Below the pieces are notes generated by a model that was not told the origin of the DNA, made no database searches, and saw only the letters and a list, made by a program, of their open reading frames with translations. Positions 1 to 7,684 of a DNA stretch of 30,265 nt are shown here, piece after piece. The stretch's first letter is position 1. Each line of letters begins with the position of its first letter. This DNA is from a virus. Taxonomy: Duplodnaviria; Caudoviricetes. Location of the stretch: positions 1 through 30,265 of IMG/VR virus record IMGVR_UViG_3300037631_000496; one strand, given 5' to 3'. The translations under genes and the position numbers were made by a program.

Positions 1-1012
1 TTTGCTGTTGTATTCCACTTGGGTCAAAACCAGGTCTACCTTGTAATTCTGCGATCTGTTGTTGCAACCCAGTAGGATCAAACATGGGTATTTCCCTACT
101 TTGCAACGTGCTTATTTGTTCTTGTAAGCCTGTTGGATCAAACATAGGTATATTACCTATGGATTGTTGTAAACCACTAATCTGTTCTTGTATTCCGCTA
201 GGATCGAATCCAGGTCTTTGTTGCAGAGCTGTAATCTGTTCTTGCAAAGTTGATGGATCGAATCCAGGTCTTTGTTGTAGTGCGCTTATTTGTTCTTGTA
301 TACCACTTGGATCAAACTGAGGTATTGAACCTATCTGTTGCTCAAGACTACCAATTTGTTGTTGTAGTCCAGTAGGATCAAACTGGGGTCTAGTTTGTAG
401 TTGGTTTATGTCTTGTTGTATGGACATAAAATCATCTCTAGTCGGTACTTGTTGTTCTAATATACCAAGTCTTTGTTGTAATGTTGTTGGATCAAATGGT
501 GTTATCTGACCAATATTTTCTTGTAAACCAGCTATTTGTTGCTGTAATCCTGTAGGATCAAAACCTGGTCGTGTTTGCAATTCTGCTATTTGTTGCTGTA
601 ATTGTGTTGGATTAAATCCAGGCCTTTGTGAAATTTGTGTTATCTGCTCTTGCAATCCTGTTGGGTCAAATCCTGGTTGTTGTTGTAATAAGTTAATTTG
701 TTGTTGTAATCCTGTTGGGTCAAACTGTGGTATTTCTCTTGCAGATAATTCAGCTATATCTTGTTGAATTGACATAAAGTCATCTCTTGATGGAACTTGC
801 TGTTGCAATAAACCTATTTGTTCTTGTAAACCAGAAGGATCAAATCCTGGTCTTTGTTGTAATGCAGTAATCTGCTCTTGTATTGCACTAGGATCAAAGC
901 CTGGTCTTTGCTGTAAAGACGTGATTTGTTCCTGTAAACCTGATGGGTCGAATACAGGTATCTGTTGTGATTCCAATGCACCCAATCTTGTTTGTAAACC
1001 TGTTGGATCAAA
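1..1012 (-). repeat. Degenerate coding tandem repeat, 54-bp (18-aa) basic period with 60/66-bp variants
   Basis: GGATCAAA/GGGTCAAA-type cores (F-D-P codons) recur at about 21, 75, 135, 201, 255, 309, 375, 489, 555, 609, 663, 717, 837, 891, 945 and 1005. Confidence 0.9.
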
Positions 1013-1597
1013 GCTTGGTACTTGTTCCAAAATGTCTGCTTTTAAAGCTTCAGGATCTATTTGTGGTACTCCTAACAATCCTTGCAATCCTGTTCTTACA
1101 TTTTCTGGTATTTCTATTTGTGAAAAATCAATGTTAGACAAATCTATTTGTGGCAATTGTCTTGGTATTTGCAATCTATCAAAAGGTATAGTTACTCCAC
1201 CAATACCTGTGCCTAAGAAACCAAGATCATCAGGTAGTTGTGTTACAGGTGGTGTTACAGGTGGTACGAATATTTGATCGTCCCTAACTGGCGGAGGTGG
1301 TGCAACAGGTTTTTCTACTGGTATATCACCATTAAGTTGTGCTTGTGTGTAACCCATAGGTTGTTCGGGCGAATAGCTTACACCTGGTGCTATAACTTGT
1401 GACATTGGCATACCGCCAGCTATAGAACGCGCATAATCAAAACCGCTAGTGTATCCTGCGTTTCCTAAATTCGCCATGTTACCTGGTAAAATGTTATATA
1501 TAGAACCTAAGTTATTAGCAAATAATGTTCTTTCAGGATCTTGATAAAATTCTATTTCACCTGTTTCTGGATTTCTTTTTCTATATGTATATGCCAT
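1..1597 (-). CDS. Gln-rich segmented coiled-coil repeat protein (partial, runs off left edge; fibre-like)
   Basis: Manually translated open frame from ATG at 1597 (MAYTYRKRNPETGEIEFYQDPERTLFANN...) to the window edge. It has a Pro-rich linker, then about 16 FDP(S/T)GLQ(E/Q)QIxxLQxRPG units. It is absent from the ORF track because there is no stop in the window. Confidence 0.85.
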   Translation of the reverse strand, partial: MAYTYRKRNPETGEIEFYQDPERTLFANNLGSIYNILPGNMANLGNAGYTSGFDYARSIAGGMPMSQVIAPGVSYSPEQPMGYTQAQLNGDIPVEKPVAPPPPVRDDQIFVPPVTPPVTQLPDDLGFLGTGIGGVTIPFDRLQIPRQLPQIDLSNIDFSQIEIPENVRTGLQGLLGVPQIDPEALKADILEQVPSFDPTGLQTRLGALESQQIPVFDPSGLQEQITSLQQRPGFDPSAIQEQITALQQRPGFDPSGLQEQIGLLQQQVPSRDDFMSIQQDIAELSAREIPQFDPTGLQQQINLLQQQPGFDPTGLQEQITQISQRPGFNPTQLQQQIAELQTRPGFDPTGLQQQIAGLQENIGQITPFDPTTLQQRLGILEQQVPTRDDFMSIQQDINQLQTRPQFDPTGLQQQIGSLEQQIGSIPQFDPSGIQEQISALQQRPGFDPSTLQEQITALQQRPGFDPSGIQEQISGLQQSIGNIPMFDPTGLQEQISTLQSREIPMFDPTGLQQQIAELQGRPGFDPSGIQQQ

Positions 1598-1598
1598 A

Positions 1599-1838
1599 TT
1601 ACTTGCTGATTATTTTGTCCATTTTTTCGTCTAGTTTATCTAAACGATCTATAACTCTGTCTATGCTGATTGTTAGCTCAACTTTAGTTACATAATCTTT
1701 TGCAACTTCTTCGCGAGTCTTATTAAGCAGTATATCAACTCTTTTCATTTCTGTCGCGTTAGTTCTGATGCCATGTATGATTGGTGCAAATACTAATGTC
1801 ATTACAATATTCCAAAACATCATGCCATCAAATTCCAT
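1599..1838 (-). CDS. Small membrane-anchored coiled-coil protein (lysis-region hypothetical)
   Basis: N-terminal hydrophobic segment (FWNIVMTLVFAPII) followed by a heptad-rich C-terminus. The ATG at 1838 overlaps the endolysin stop (TGATG). Confidence 0.7.
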   Translation of the reverse strand: MEFDGMMFWNIVMTLVFAPIIHGIRTNATEMKRVDILLNKTREEVAKDYVTKVELTISIDRVIDRLDKLDEKMDKIISK

Positions 1839-2209
1839 CAGTAGCTCCAAATATGTGGTCTAGGTCTACCTTGTGAATCTTTAGATATATCAAGATGTAT
1901 AAATCTTGCGCCACCCTTTTGGTTTACACCAATACCAGTAAAGCCAAAGTCTCTGGCCTTAGATATAATTTCTAATGCTTGTTTGCCTCTAACACCTATA
2001 TCTGCTGCTAAACCTAAAGCATGTGTACCAGGTTTAGATTTCTTAATTTCTACAGGATGATCTGCACATCTATAACCAGATGTGATTTTGAATGGAAATC
2101 CACACTCTGTTCTTAGTTCTTGTAGCTTGTCTATAAGCTCATGCTCTATTTGGTTTTCACCACAATGTTTACAAGCAAATTCTTCTAATACAAAGTTCTT
2201 CCAACTCAT
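1838..2209 (-). CDS. Endolysin, peptidase M15A family (Zn peptidase)
   Basis: EEFACKHCG, ITSGYRC, H-x6-D (THALGLAADI) and FIHLD motifs; adjacent to the holin. Confidence 0.9.
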   Translation of the reverse strand: MSWKNFVLEEFACKHCGENQIEHELIDKLQELRTECGFPFKITSGYRCADHPVEIKKSKPGTHALGLAADIGVRGKQALEIISKARDFGFTGIGVNQKGGARFIHLDISKDSQGRPRPHIWSY

Positions 2210-2586
2210 TTTGATACTCCTTTAGTCTTTTCAAATGTTCTTAATCCACCAAGTCCTAGCATACCCATTAATACAGTCATTAGCGAACCCATATCAAAAC
2301 TTGGTAAGTCAAATGATAGTCCAGCTGCTGATAGTCCGAATACAATAATAGGCTGTAATAAAAAGTGGTACAGCATAGCAATGCCGCAAGTCCACCCCAC
2401 AAAAGGCCGCCAGCCTGCAACGAATAAGGATCTATGTCCAGCTTCAATCTTGTTGATCTCAATCTGTGCCATATTCGCTTTATGTAATTCTGTTTTAAGT
2501 TCATGGTTAAGCTTTGCTTGTAAGTCTTTATCAGGCACTAATTTGCCAACTATGTCGCTGACTGGACCTATTAGTTTATCAATCAT
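2206..2586 (-). CDS. Holin (3TM GTA-type holin family)
   Basis: FVAGWRPFVGW motif, hydrophobic helices and a GMLGLGGLRTFEK C-terminus; ATGA overlap with the endolysin. Confidence 0.85.
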   Translation of the reverse strand: MIDKLIGPVSDIVGKLVPDKDLQAKLNHELKTELHKANMAQIEINKIEAGHRSLFVAGWRPFVGWTCGIAMLYHFLLQPIIVFGLSAAGLSFDLPSFDMGSLMTVLMGMLGLGGLRTFEKTKGVSK

Positions 2587-2917
2587 CTTTTTTATGTAGT
2601 TTTAAAAAATACTCAGCATCTACTAATGCTAATGGTTTTGTTCTGTTTCTTTTAATTATAACCAAAGGTTCGTAATCTTTACAGTTTTCTTGCGACTGTT
2701 CGTATGCTTTCCATACATTCACAGCTTCTTGATTTTTGCACTCTATTGAATATGGGAATTGTTTGCGAGATTGCACGCCCATGATGATATCTTCACCATT
2801 AGAACCCATTGGTCTTGATTCTAAATCTTCTGGATCAAATCCTAGTAGTTCAACAAGTTTGTCTACTACCCATTGTTGCAAAGCTCTCCCTTTGGCTTTT
2901 GCAGATGATGGTTTCAC
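2579..2917 (-). CDS. Holliday-junction-resolvase-like PD-(D/E)XK nuclease
   Basis: SAKAKGR...GED...SIECKNQE pattern typical of phage Hjc-like resolvases; GTG start. Confidence 0.75.
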   Translation of the reverse strand: MKPSSAKAKGRALQQWVVDKLVELLGFDPEDLESRPMGSNGEDIIMGVQSRKQFPYSIECKNQEAVNVWKAYEQSQENCKDYEPLVIIKRNRTKPLALVDAEYFLKLHKKDD

Positions 2918-2994
2918 TTTTTAGTTTTTTTTACTTTTTTCTTTTTAGGTGGTCTACCTACTTTAGATCCGTATGTTCCTTTACCTCTTGGCAT
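2914..2994 (-). CDS. 26-aa basic micro-protein MPRGKGTYGSKVGRPPKKKKVKKTKK
   Basis: AGGAG Shine-Dalgarno just upstream of the ATG; the stop overlaps the next gene's start (GTGA); it fills the gap exactly. Confidence 0.75.
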   Translation of the reverse strand: MPRGKGTYGSKVGRPPKKKKVKKTKK

Positions 2995-3002
2995 AATTAC
3001 TC

Positions 3003-4751
3003 CTATGTTGTATAAATAATCAAAGGTTTTTCTTTGCCTTTAACTTTTATTGGTTTTAATAATTTTAACTCAATTTTAGATTTATTTGCAGTAGATTCAC
3101 CGATCAATATATCTACACCCACTTCTTTAGTTGCTGACTCTAATCTCGCAGCTGTGTTTACACAGTCACCAATAGCAGAATAATCAAACCTAGTATCACT
3201 ACCCATATTACCAATAACAGCAGTTCCTGTATTTACACCTATACCTATAGCTATAGGTTCTGATAATTCTTGTTGTAATTGTTGTATAGATGTTTTTATA
3301 TCTTGCGCACATGCTATAGCTCTATCTTCATGGTTATCTAAATCTAATGGTGCTGAGAATATTGCCATAGCTGCATCACCAATAAACTTATCTACCATAC
3401 CGCCGTGTGCTTGTATGCAACGCACTTGTGCAGTTAATACCTTATTCATAATTTCAGTAACTTGTTCTGGCTCTAACTTTTCACTTAAATTTGTAAAACC
3501 TCTAACATCTGTAAATAAAAATGTTGCTTCTTTTTTCTCACCACCAAGTTTTAACAAGTCAGGATTGTTTTGTAATTGTTTAACTTGTCTCGGATCAAGG
3601 TAATGTTCAAACTGTTTTTTTATCTGTTGGCGTAATTTATATTGTTTTTTGTAGCTTAAATACAAAGCAATAGTAGAAACTAGTATTTGAGAGATGAAAG
3701 TCCATGAAAAATCCAACAAAATACCTTTCTGAACGCTAAAAACCCCTGAGAAGCCTGTGGTGAAGAGCAAAATTACAGCGAGACTTATGCCCTTAGCTAT
3801 ACTGAGATAATTAATTACAAGCCACGTCAGCGACACAAAAATTCCTAAAATTAAAATTTCGGCTAATAAATGCCAATCAGGAATCCTTGGTGAATTTTCT
3901 ATCAAGATTGACTCAGATAATGCTGCTTGAATTTTGTGTGGTTCTAATAATCCAGTTGGAGTTGCGATTTGTGGCATGATGCCTGGAGCAGTTACGCCAA
4001 CAAATACAAACTTACCAGCAACATCCATTTCTTGTAAATTAGTTTGTGGTGTATCTACCCAACTGATCCACTTACGACCTAAACTGTCGGTAGCAACTGG
4101 TGGTAATCCTTTGACTCTAATTTCTTCTATACCAAGGTCATTGGTTTTTATAACGTATGTTTTTGCATCTACCAATGCTTTTAATACTTCTGTGCCAAAC
4201 GCAGGTACATATCCATCTGGTGTTCTTAACAATAATGGTATTCTTCTTACTAAGTTGTCTACATCAGTTGGTGCAGTTGCAATACCTTCCTGTGCATAAG
4301 TTGTTAATATCTTTGTATTTTGTATGACACCATTTGTAGTCATACCACCTACATCATCACCAAGTATGACAGTTCCTGTTGTTGGCGGATAAACACCATT
4401 AGGATTTTCAAACATTGCTAATATAGAAGTGCCATACTTTAATGATTCTGCAAAGTATTTGTCACCACCTAAACGATCTGGTTGTGGGAATCCAATAACA
4501 TAACCTACACCTATAGCACCTTTAGCAATTATCTCTGTATGTATTTCACCTAGTCTTTTTCTAGGTAACGGCCAACCACCTTCGTTAGCTATATCTTCTT
4601 CTGTAATATTTAGAATAGTAAAGTACCCAGAAGGCTGTTGCTTTGGTACTAAATAATCAAAGACTTTTAATTTTAATATTTCTGTAGGCGTTGACTGATA
4701 TAACAAAGGCAATGCTAGTATTATAAGTATGATGAATAGTAGTCGTTTCAT
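3003..4751 (-). CDS. CHASE2-domain membrane class III adenylate/guanylate cyclase
   Basis: N-terminal TM, CHASE2 motifs (GGWPLPR, DVDNLVRRIPL) and three TM helices. The catalytic domain carries FTDVRGFT, VDKFIGDA, GIGVNTG and GDCVNTAARLES. Confidence 0.95.
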   Translation of the reverse strand: MKRLLFIILIILALPLLYQSTPTEILKLKVFDYLVPKQQPSGYFTILNITEEDIANEGGWPLPRKRLGEIHTEIIAKGAIGVGYVIGFPQPDRLGGDKYFAESLKYGTSILAMFENPNGVYPPTTGTVILGDDVGGMTTNGVIQNTKILTTYAQEGIATAPTDVDNLVRRIPLLLRTPDGYVPAFGTEVLKALVDAKTYVIKTNDLGIEEIRVKGLPPVATDSLGRKWISWVDTPQTNLQEMDVAGKFVFVGVTAPGIMPQIATPTGLLEPHKIQAALSESILIENSPRIPDWHLLAEILILGIFVSLTWLVINYLSIAKGISLAVILLFTTGFSGVFSVQKGILLDFSWTFISQILVSTIALYLSYKKQYKLRQQIKKQFEHYLDPRQVKQLQNNPDLLKLGGEKKEATFLFTDVRGFTNLSEKLEPEQVTEIMNKVLTAQVRCIQAHGGMVDKFIGDAAMAIFSAPLDLDNHEDRAIACAQDIKTSIQQLQQELSEPIAIGIGVNTGTAVIGNMGSDTRFDYSAIGDCVNTAARLESATKEVGVDILIGESTANKSKIELKLLKPIKVKGKEKPLIIYTT

Positions 4752-5950
4752 TAATCACTCTGTGTGATCTTAATTATACTACCAGTACCGCCATTTACTT
4801 TAACCACCTTTGATGCACCATCTTGTATAAAGATAACTGTATAACTAGAAGATGAATCTATGTCTACCCTTGCAGTATCATTAACACTACGCATAAGTGT
4901 TAAAACTTCACCAGTCACATACGATGTGATTTGTGTGTTTAAGTCTTGACCTAAGCTTGTACCAACTAGATTAATTGTTGTTGCATCCTGTGCTAACTGA
5001 TCCTCTTCTTGTATTTCTTGTAATGCGTCTATGACATCAAGTAAATCTTCTAAGAAGTTCACATCAAGATAGTTTATATCTAGCTCTGTAAACTCTAGTT
5101 CTTGTTCTGCATCTAATAAATCTTCTTCTAAATAATCTATATCAAGATCATCAAAGTCTAATATATTTTTCTTTTTTGTTTGTATAGTTTCTTCTATAGC
5201 TTGCTCTTGTTTAGGTGGGTTTACGATAAGCATGTTATCTATTAGCTCTAGCGTTAAGTCTAGTATGACTGGCGTACTTGGTGACTTTTCATATACATCT
5301 ACAGTTGTAGCTTCATAGGGTTTATTAAGCGTAACTGTACCCATAGCTGTAGTTACTAGTATTTCACCACTAGATAAACCATTGATATCAGGTAATAGTA
5401 TTAATAAACTGCGACCAGTTTCATCTACAGTTACAGTGAAATCAGTACCTCTTATAGCTATATTCGCTGTAGGTGTTTTAAGATCTATATTATTTTTATC
5501 TATCTTATTTAGGCTACCTGTAATAAATCTAGCTGTGCCAAGACCAAAGGTAATAGCCATTTTAGATTTGCTGGGGTTAGGATCAAAGATATATTCGTCA
5601 ATAGTAAGTTGCGAATGTTCAGTCAGTTTTACTTTAGAATCATCTAAGAATGTAATAGCCATACGACCATTAGATGTAATGGCTTCATCATTTTGTTGTA
5701 TATCAAACGACTCTGTAGCTGTGTATGGCTTATCTCTTACAACCTGTGCTGAACCAGTCAGCTCAGATATATTGCCTACATCAACAGCTGGTTGTTGTTC
5801 CGCCGTCGTTTTGAACGACGCAAACAGTACCGCTAGACCCAGTAGAATTGATCTGTAGCCAATCAGCAGCAAGCGTTGATGATTGTATGATGTTAAATGT
5901 TCTACTGTTTCCTGTTTGGTCGAGATAGAAGTATCCTCCTGCATATCCAC
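4751..5950 (-). CDS. FecR-domain exported/periplasmic protein (true start may be TTG at 5872)
   Basis: Hydrophobic signal/anchor, FecR motifs (ITFLDDSKVKLTEHSQL; LKTPTANIAIRGTDF), an acidic middle region and a beta-rich C-terminus. TAATG coupling to the cyclase. Confidence 0.85.
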   Translation of the reverse strand: MDMQEDTSISTKQETVEHLTSYNHQRLLLIGYRSILLGLAVLFASFKTTAEQQPAVDVGNISELTGSAQVVRDKPYTATESFDIQQNDEAITSNGRMAITFLDDSKVKLTEHSQLTIDEYIFDPNPSKSKMAITFGLGTARFITGSLNKIDKNNIDLKTPTANIAIRGTDFTVTVDETGRSLLILLPDINGLSSGEILVTTAMGTVTLNKPYEATTVDVYEKSPSTPVILDLTLELIDNMLIVNPPKQEQAIEETIQTKKKNILDFDDLDIDYLEEDLLDAEQELEFTELDINYLDVNFLEDLLDVIDALQEIQEEDQLAQDATTINLVGTSLGQDLNTQITSYVTGEVLTLMRSVNDTARVDIDSSSSYTVIFIQDGASKVVKVNGGTGSIIKITQSD

Positions 5951-6491
5951 TTCCTGTAAAGTTTACTGTGTTGCTATCCCCATCTACATCAACATAGCTA
6001 GTAGCACCATCATAATTAATATCAAAATCAAAGGTATTGCTATCACCATTGATTATCCAATCTAAGTCTAAGTTTTCACTTAATGCGCTTGTACCAGTAT
6101 CTAACGTAAATGTGTTAGAACTACCTGTTACATCAACATTGTAGTTTGATCCGTCAATCCCATAAGTATCTGTTGGATCTGCTTGTATAGTGAATGTATT
6201 ACTATCGCCATCAAACTCAAAAAATCCTGTTATATTATTACCATAAATATCACCAAGAAATTTATTGCTGTTACCTATCTGGTTAATATCTAGTGTTAAG
6301 TTAAGGCCATCTAAATCAAGCGGCGTAAGTGTACCTGCTATAGAGTTGAGACCACCAATAATGTTAGATGAGCCTAACTGCTCTAGGTCTATGTTTGCAG
6401 TTGCGCCTGCTTGCTCTACATATATTTCGTTGTCAGCCGCGAATAGCGGTAAGACAATCGTCATCGCAATCAATTGTTTTAAATTCTTCAT
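5781..6491 (-). CDS. Secreted curlin-like beta-solenoid repeat protein
   Basis: Signal peptide ending near LPLFA|A, then ~11-aa strands ending in Q/D-x-G followed by xSNTF (EQLGSSN, NQIGNSN, FDGDSNTF, VTGSSNTF, INGDSNTF, VDGDSNTV, DQTGNS); located downstream of csgG. Confidence 0.75.
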   Translation of the reverse strand: MKNLKQLIAMTIVLPLFAADNEIYVEQAGATANIDLEQLGSSNIIGGLNSIAGTLTPLDLDGLNLTLDINQIGNSNKFLGDIYGNNITGFFEFDGDSNTFTIQADPTDTYGIDGSNYNVDVTGSSNTFTLDTGTSALSENLDLDWIINGDSNTFDFDINYDGATSYVDVDGDSNTVNFTGSGYAGGYFYLDQTGNSRTFNIIQSSTLAADWLQINSTGSSGTVCVVQNDGGTTTSC

Positions 6492-7302
6492 AATTCCAAT
6501 ATCCTCTATTTGTTCCTTCTTTTATAGTTTGTAAAACAGCAGTTTCTATCGCTGTTTGTAGTGCTATATTGATTGACTCGTTCCTGACTAAACCGCTCTC
6601 TACTTCTACTAGTTCGGTTGAATCACTAATAAAACGAAAGATATCTTGATCTATAGATGCACTTAATATCGTTTTAGTTACTAATACTTCTAGTAATACT
6701 TTACCCGTACTCACAGATACAGTACGTAAGGAGATGGTAACTGTATCTTGTTTGTACTGCCTAGACATTCCTATTCCAAGGTATCTAGCTCCAGCACCTC
6801 CACTCTTTACGTTACTTTCGTATGATATCACGCCACCTTGCATTATTAAACCCGCAAACATAAGTGGTTGTAATTTGGTATCTTTTTTAAACTCTTGCCT
6901 GGTGCTTCTTATGATCTGTCTTTCTTTAGTTACATGATCTAAACCAACTCGCTCTACTACTTCAAAAAAACCATTATGATTTATACCTGCATGTTTTAAG
7001 GCTCTAATTAAGTATGCGTCTGGTGCTTGTGTTACTGCTGATGAGAAAGTTGCGTAAGTGCTGTTGCTTCTTCTTTGACCAGTTTGATCTGTAAATGATC
7101 CTGCGTAGATAGCTACTACTGGTTTGGCTTTATTGTTTGCTTTTATGTTAGCAAGCTCAGGTACAAGTAATGAACCTATTTCTGGCTTTTCTATTTTTTG
7201 TAATGGTGGTAGGTTGTTTTCTAACGGATCTATTATTATTGCGCAACTAGAAAGTAAAGTTGCCAATAGGCAAAGATATAGTCGTTGTATCACCATTTGC
7301 AT
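6433..7302 (-). CDS. csgG: Curli secretion channel CsgG-family outer-membrane lipoprotein
   Basis: Lipobox LLSSC. KPVVAIY..F.DQTGQ, FSSAVTQ, FEVVERVGL...KERQIIR, GGAGARYLGIG and LRTVSVSTGKVL all match CsgG. Confidence 0.93.
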   Translation of the reverse strand: MQMVIQRLYLCLLATLLSSCAIIIDPLENNLPPLQKIEKPEIGSLLVPELANIKANNKAKPVVAIYAGSFTDQTGQRRSNSTYATFSSAVTQAPDAYLIRALKHAGINHNGFFEVVERVGLDHVTKERQIIRSTRQEFKKDTKLQPLMFAGLIMQGGVISYESNVKSGGAGARYLGIGMSRQYKQDTVTISLRTVSVSTGKVLLEVLVTKTILSASIDQDIFRFISDSTELVEVESGLVRNESINIALQTAIETAVLQTIKEGTNRGYWNYEEFKTIDCDDDCLTAIRG

Positions 7303-7684
7303 CTGTTATTGTTAAAGTTATTATTCCGTCTATAACATTATACTCTATAGTATTGCCTTCTAACTCTAAAATACCACTAGTGCTTGCAGTTTCACCAAAC
7401 AGGTTCTCTACTAATTGTCTTGATAGCTGTGCATAGATTCTTGATTCTAAGTTTCTTATAAACCTTGCTAGTGTAGTATTTTCTTTGTCTCTTTCTATTT
7501 CATCTTGCAACGCTTTTATCTCTGCTTTTAACGTCATCTTTCTAGTGTGCATTTGGTTTTCTATAGTTAGATAATGTGCAGATGTGCCAACACCAGAGAA
7601 CGATGGTGACTTAAATTTATGTACCATTTCATCTGCTGATACAGATAAACATAATACTAATAAACTAATCTTTCCTTTTGTCAT
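7247..7684 (-). CDS. csgF: Curli assembly protein CsgF family
   Basis: Signal peptide, then ADEMVHKFKSPSFSG (compare CsgF F.F.NP.F.G), LESRIYAQLSRQL and a beta-rich C-terminus; directly upstream of csgG. Confidence 0.85.
   Translation of the reverse strand: MTKGKISLLVLCLSVSADEMVHKFKSPSFSGVGTSAHYLTIENQMHTRKMTLKAEIKALQDEIERDKENTTLARFIRNLESRIYAQLSRQLVENLFGETASTSGILELEGNTIEYNVIDGIITLTITDANGDTTTISLPIGNFTF

Noticed and set aside
1-1012. Possible CRISPR array (regular ~54-66 bp spacing)
   Set aside because: Repeats are degenerate at third codon positions, spacings are multiples of 3, and the whole region is one open frame.
84-1277. Cys-rich repetitive plus-strand ORFs (84-320, 921-1277)
   Set aside because: They are antisense shadows of the Gln-rich minus-strand repeat gene; the Cys come from reverse-complemented CAA/CAG runs.
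3003-4751. Pycsar/CBASS-type defence cyclase
   Set aside because: It has CHASE2 and TM sensor architecture and adenine-type specificity residues, with no adjacent TIR/TM cNMP effector.
3003-7684. Bacterial chromosomal island or chimeric assembly
   Set aside because: The module is translationally coupled to phage-type micro-genes on both sides and shows no obvious compositional break; read-level checking is still advisable.
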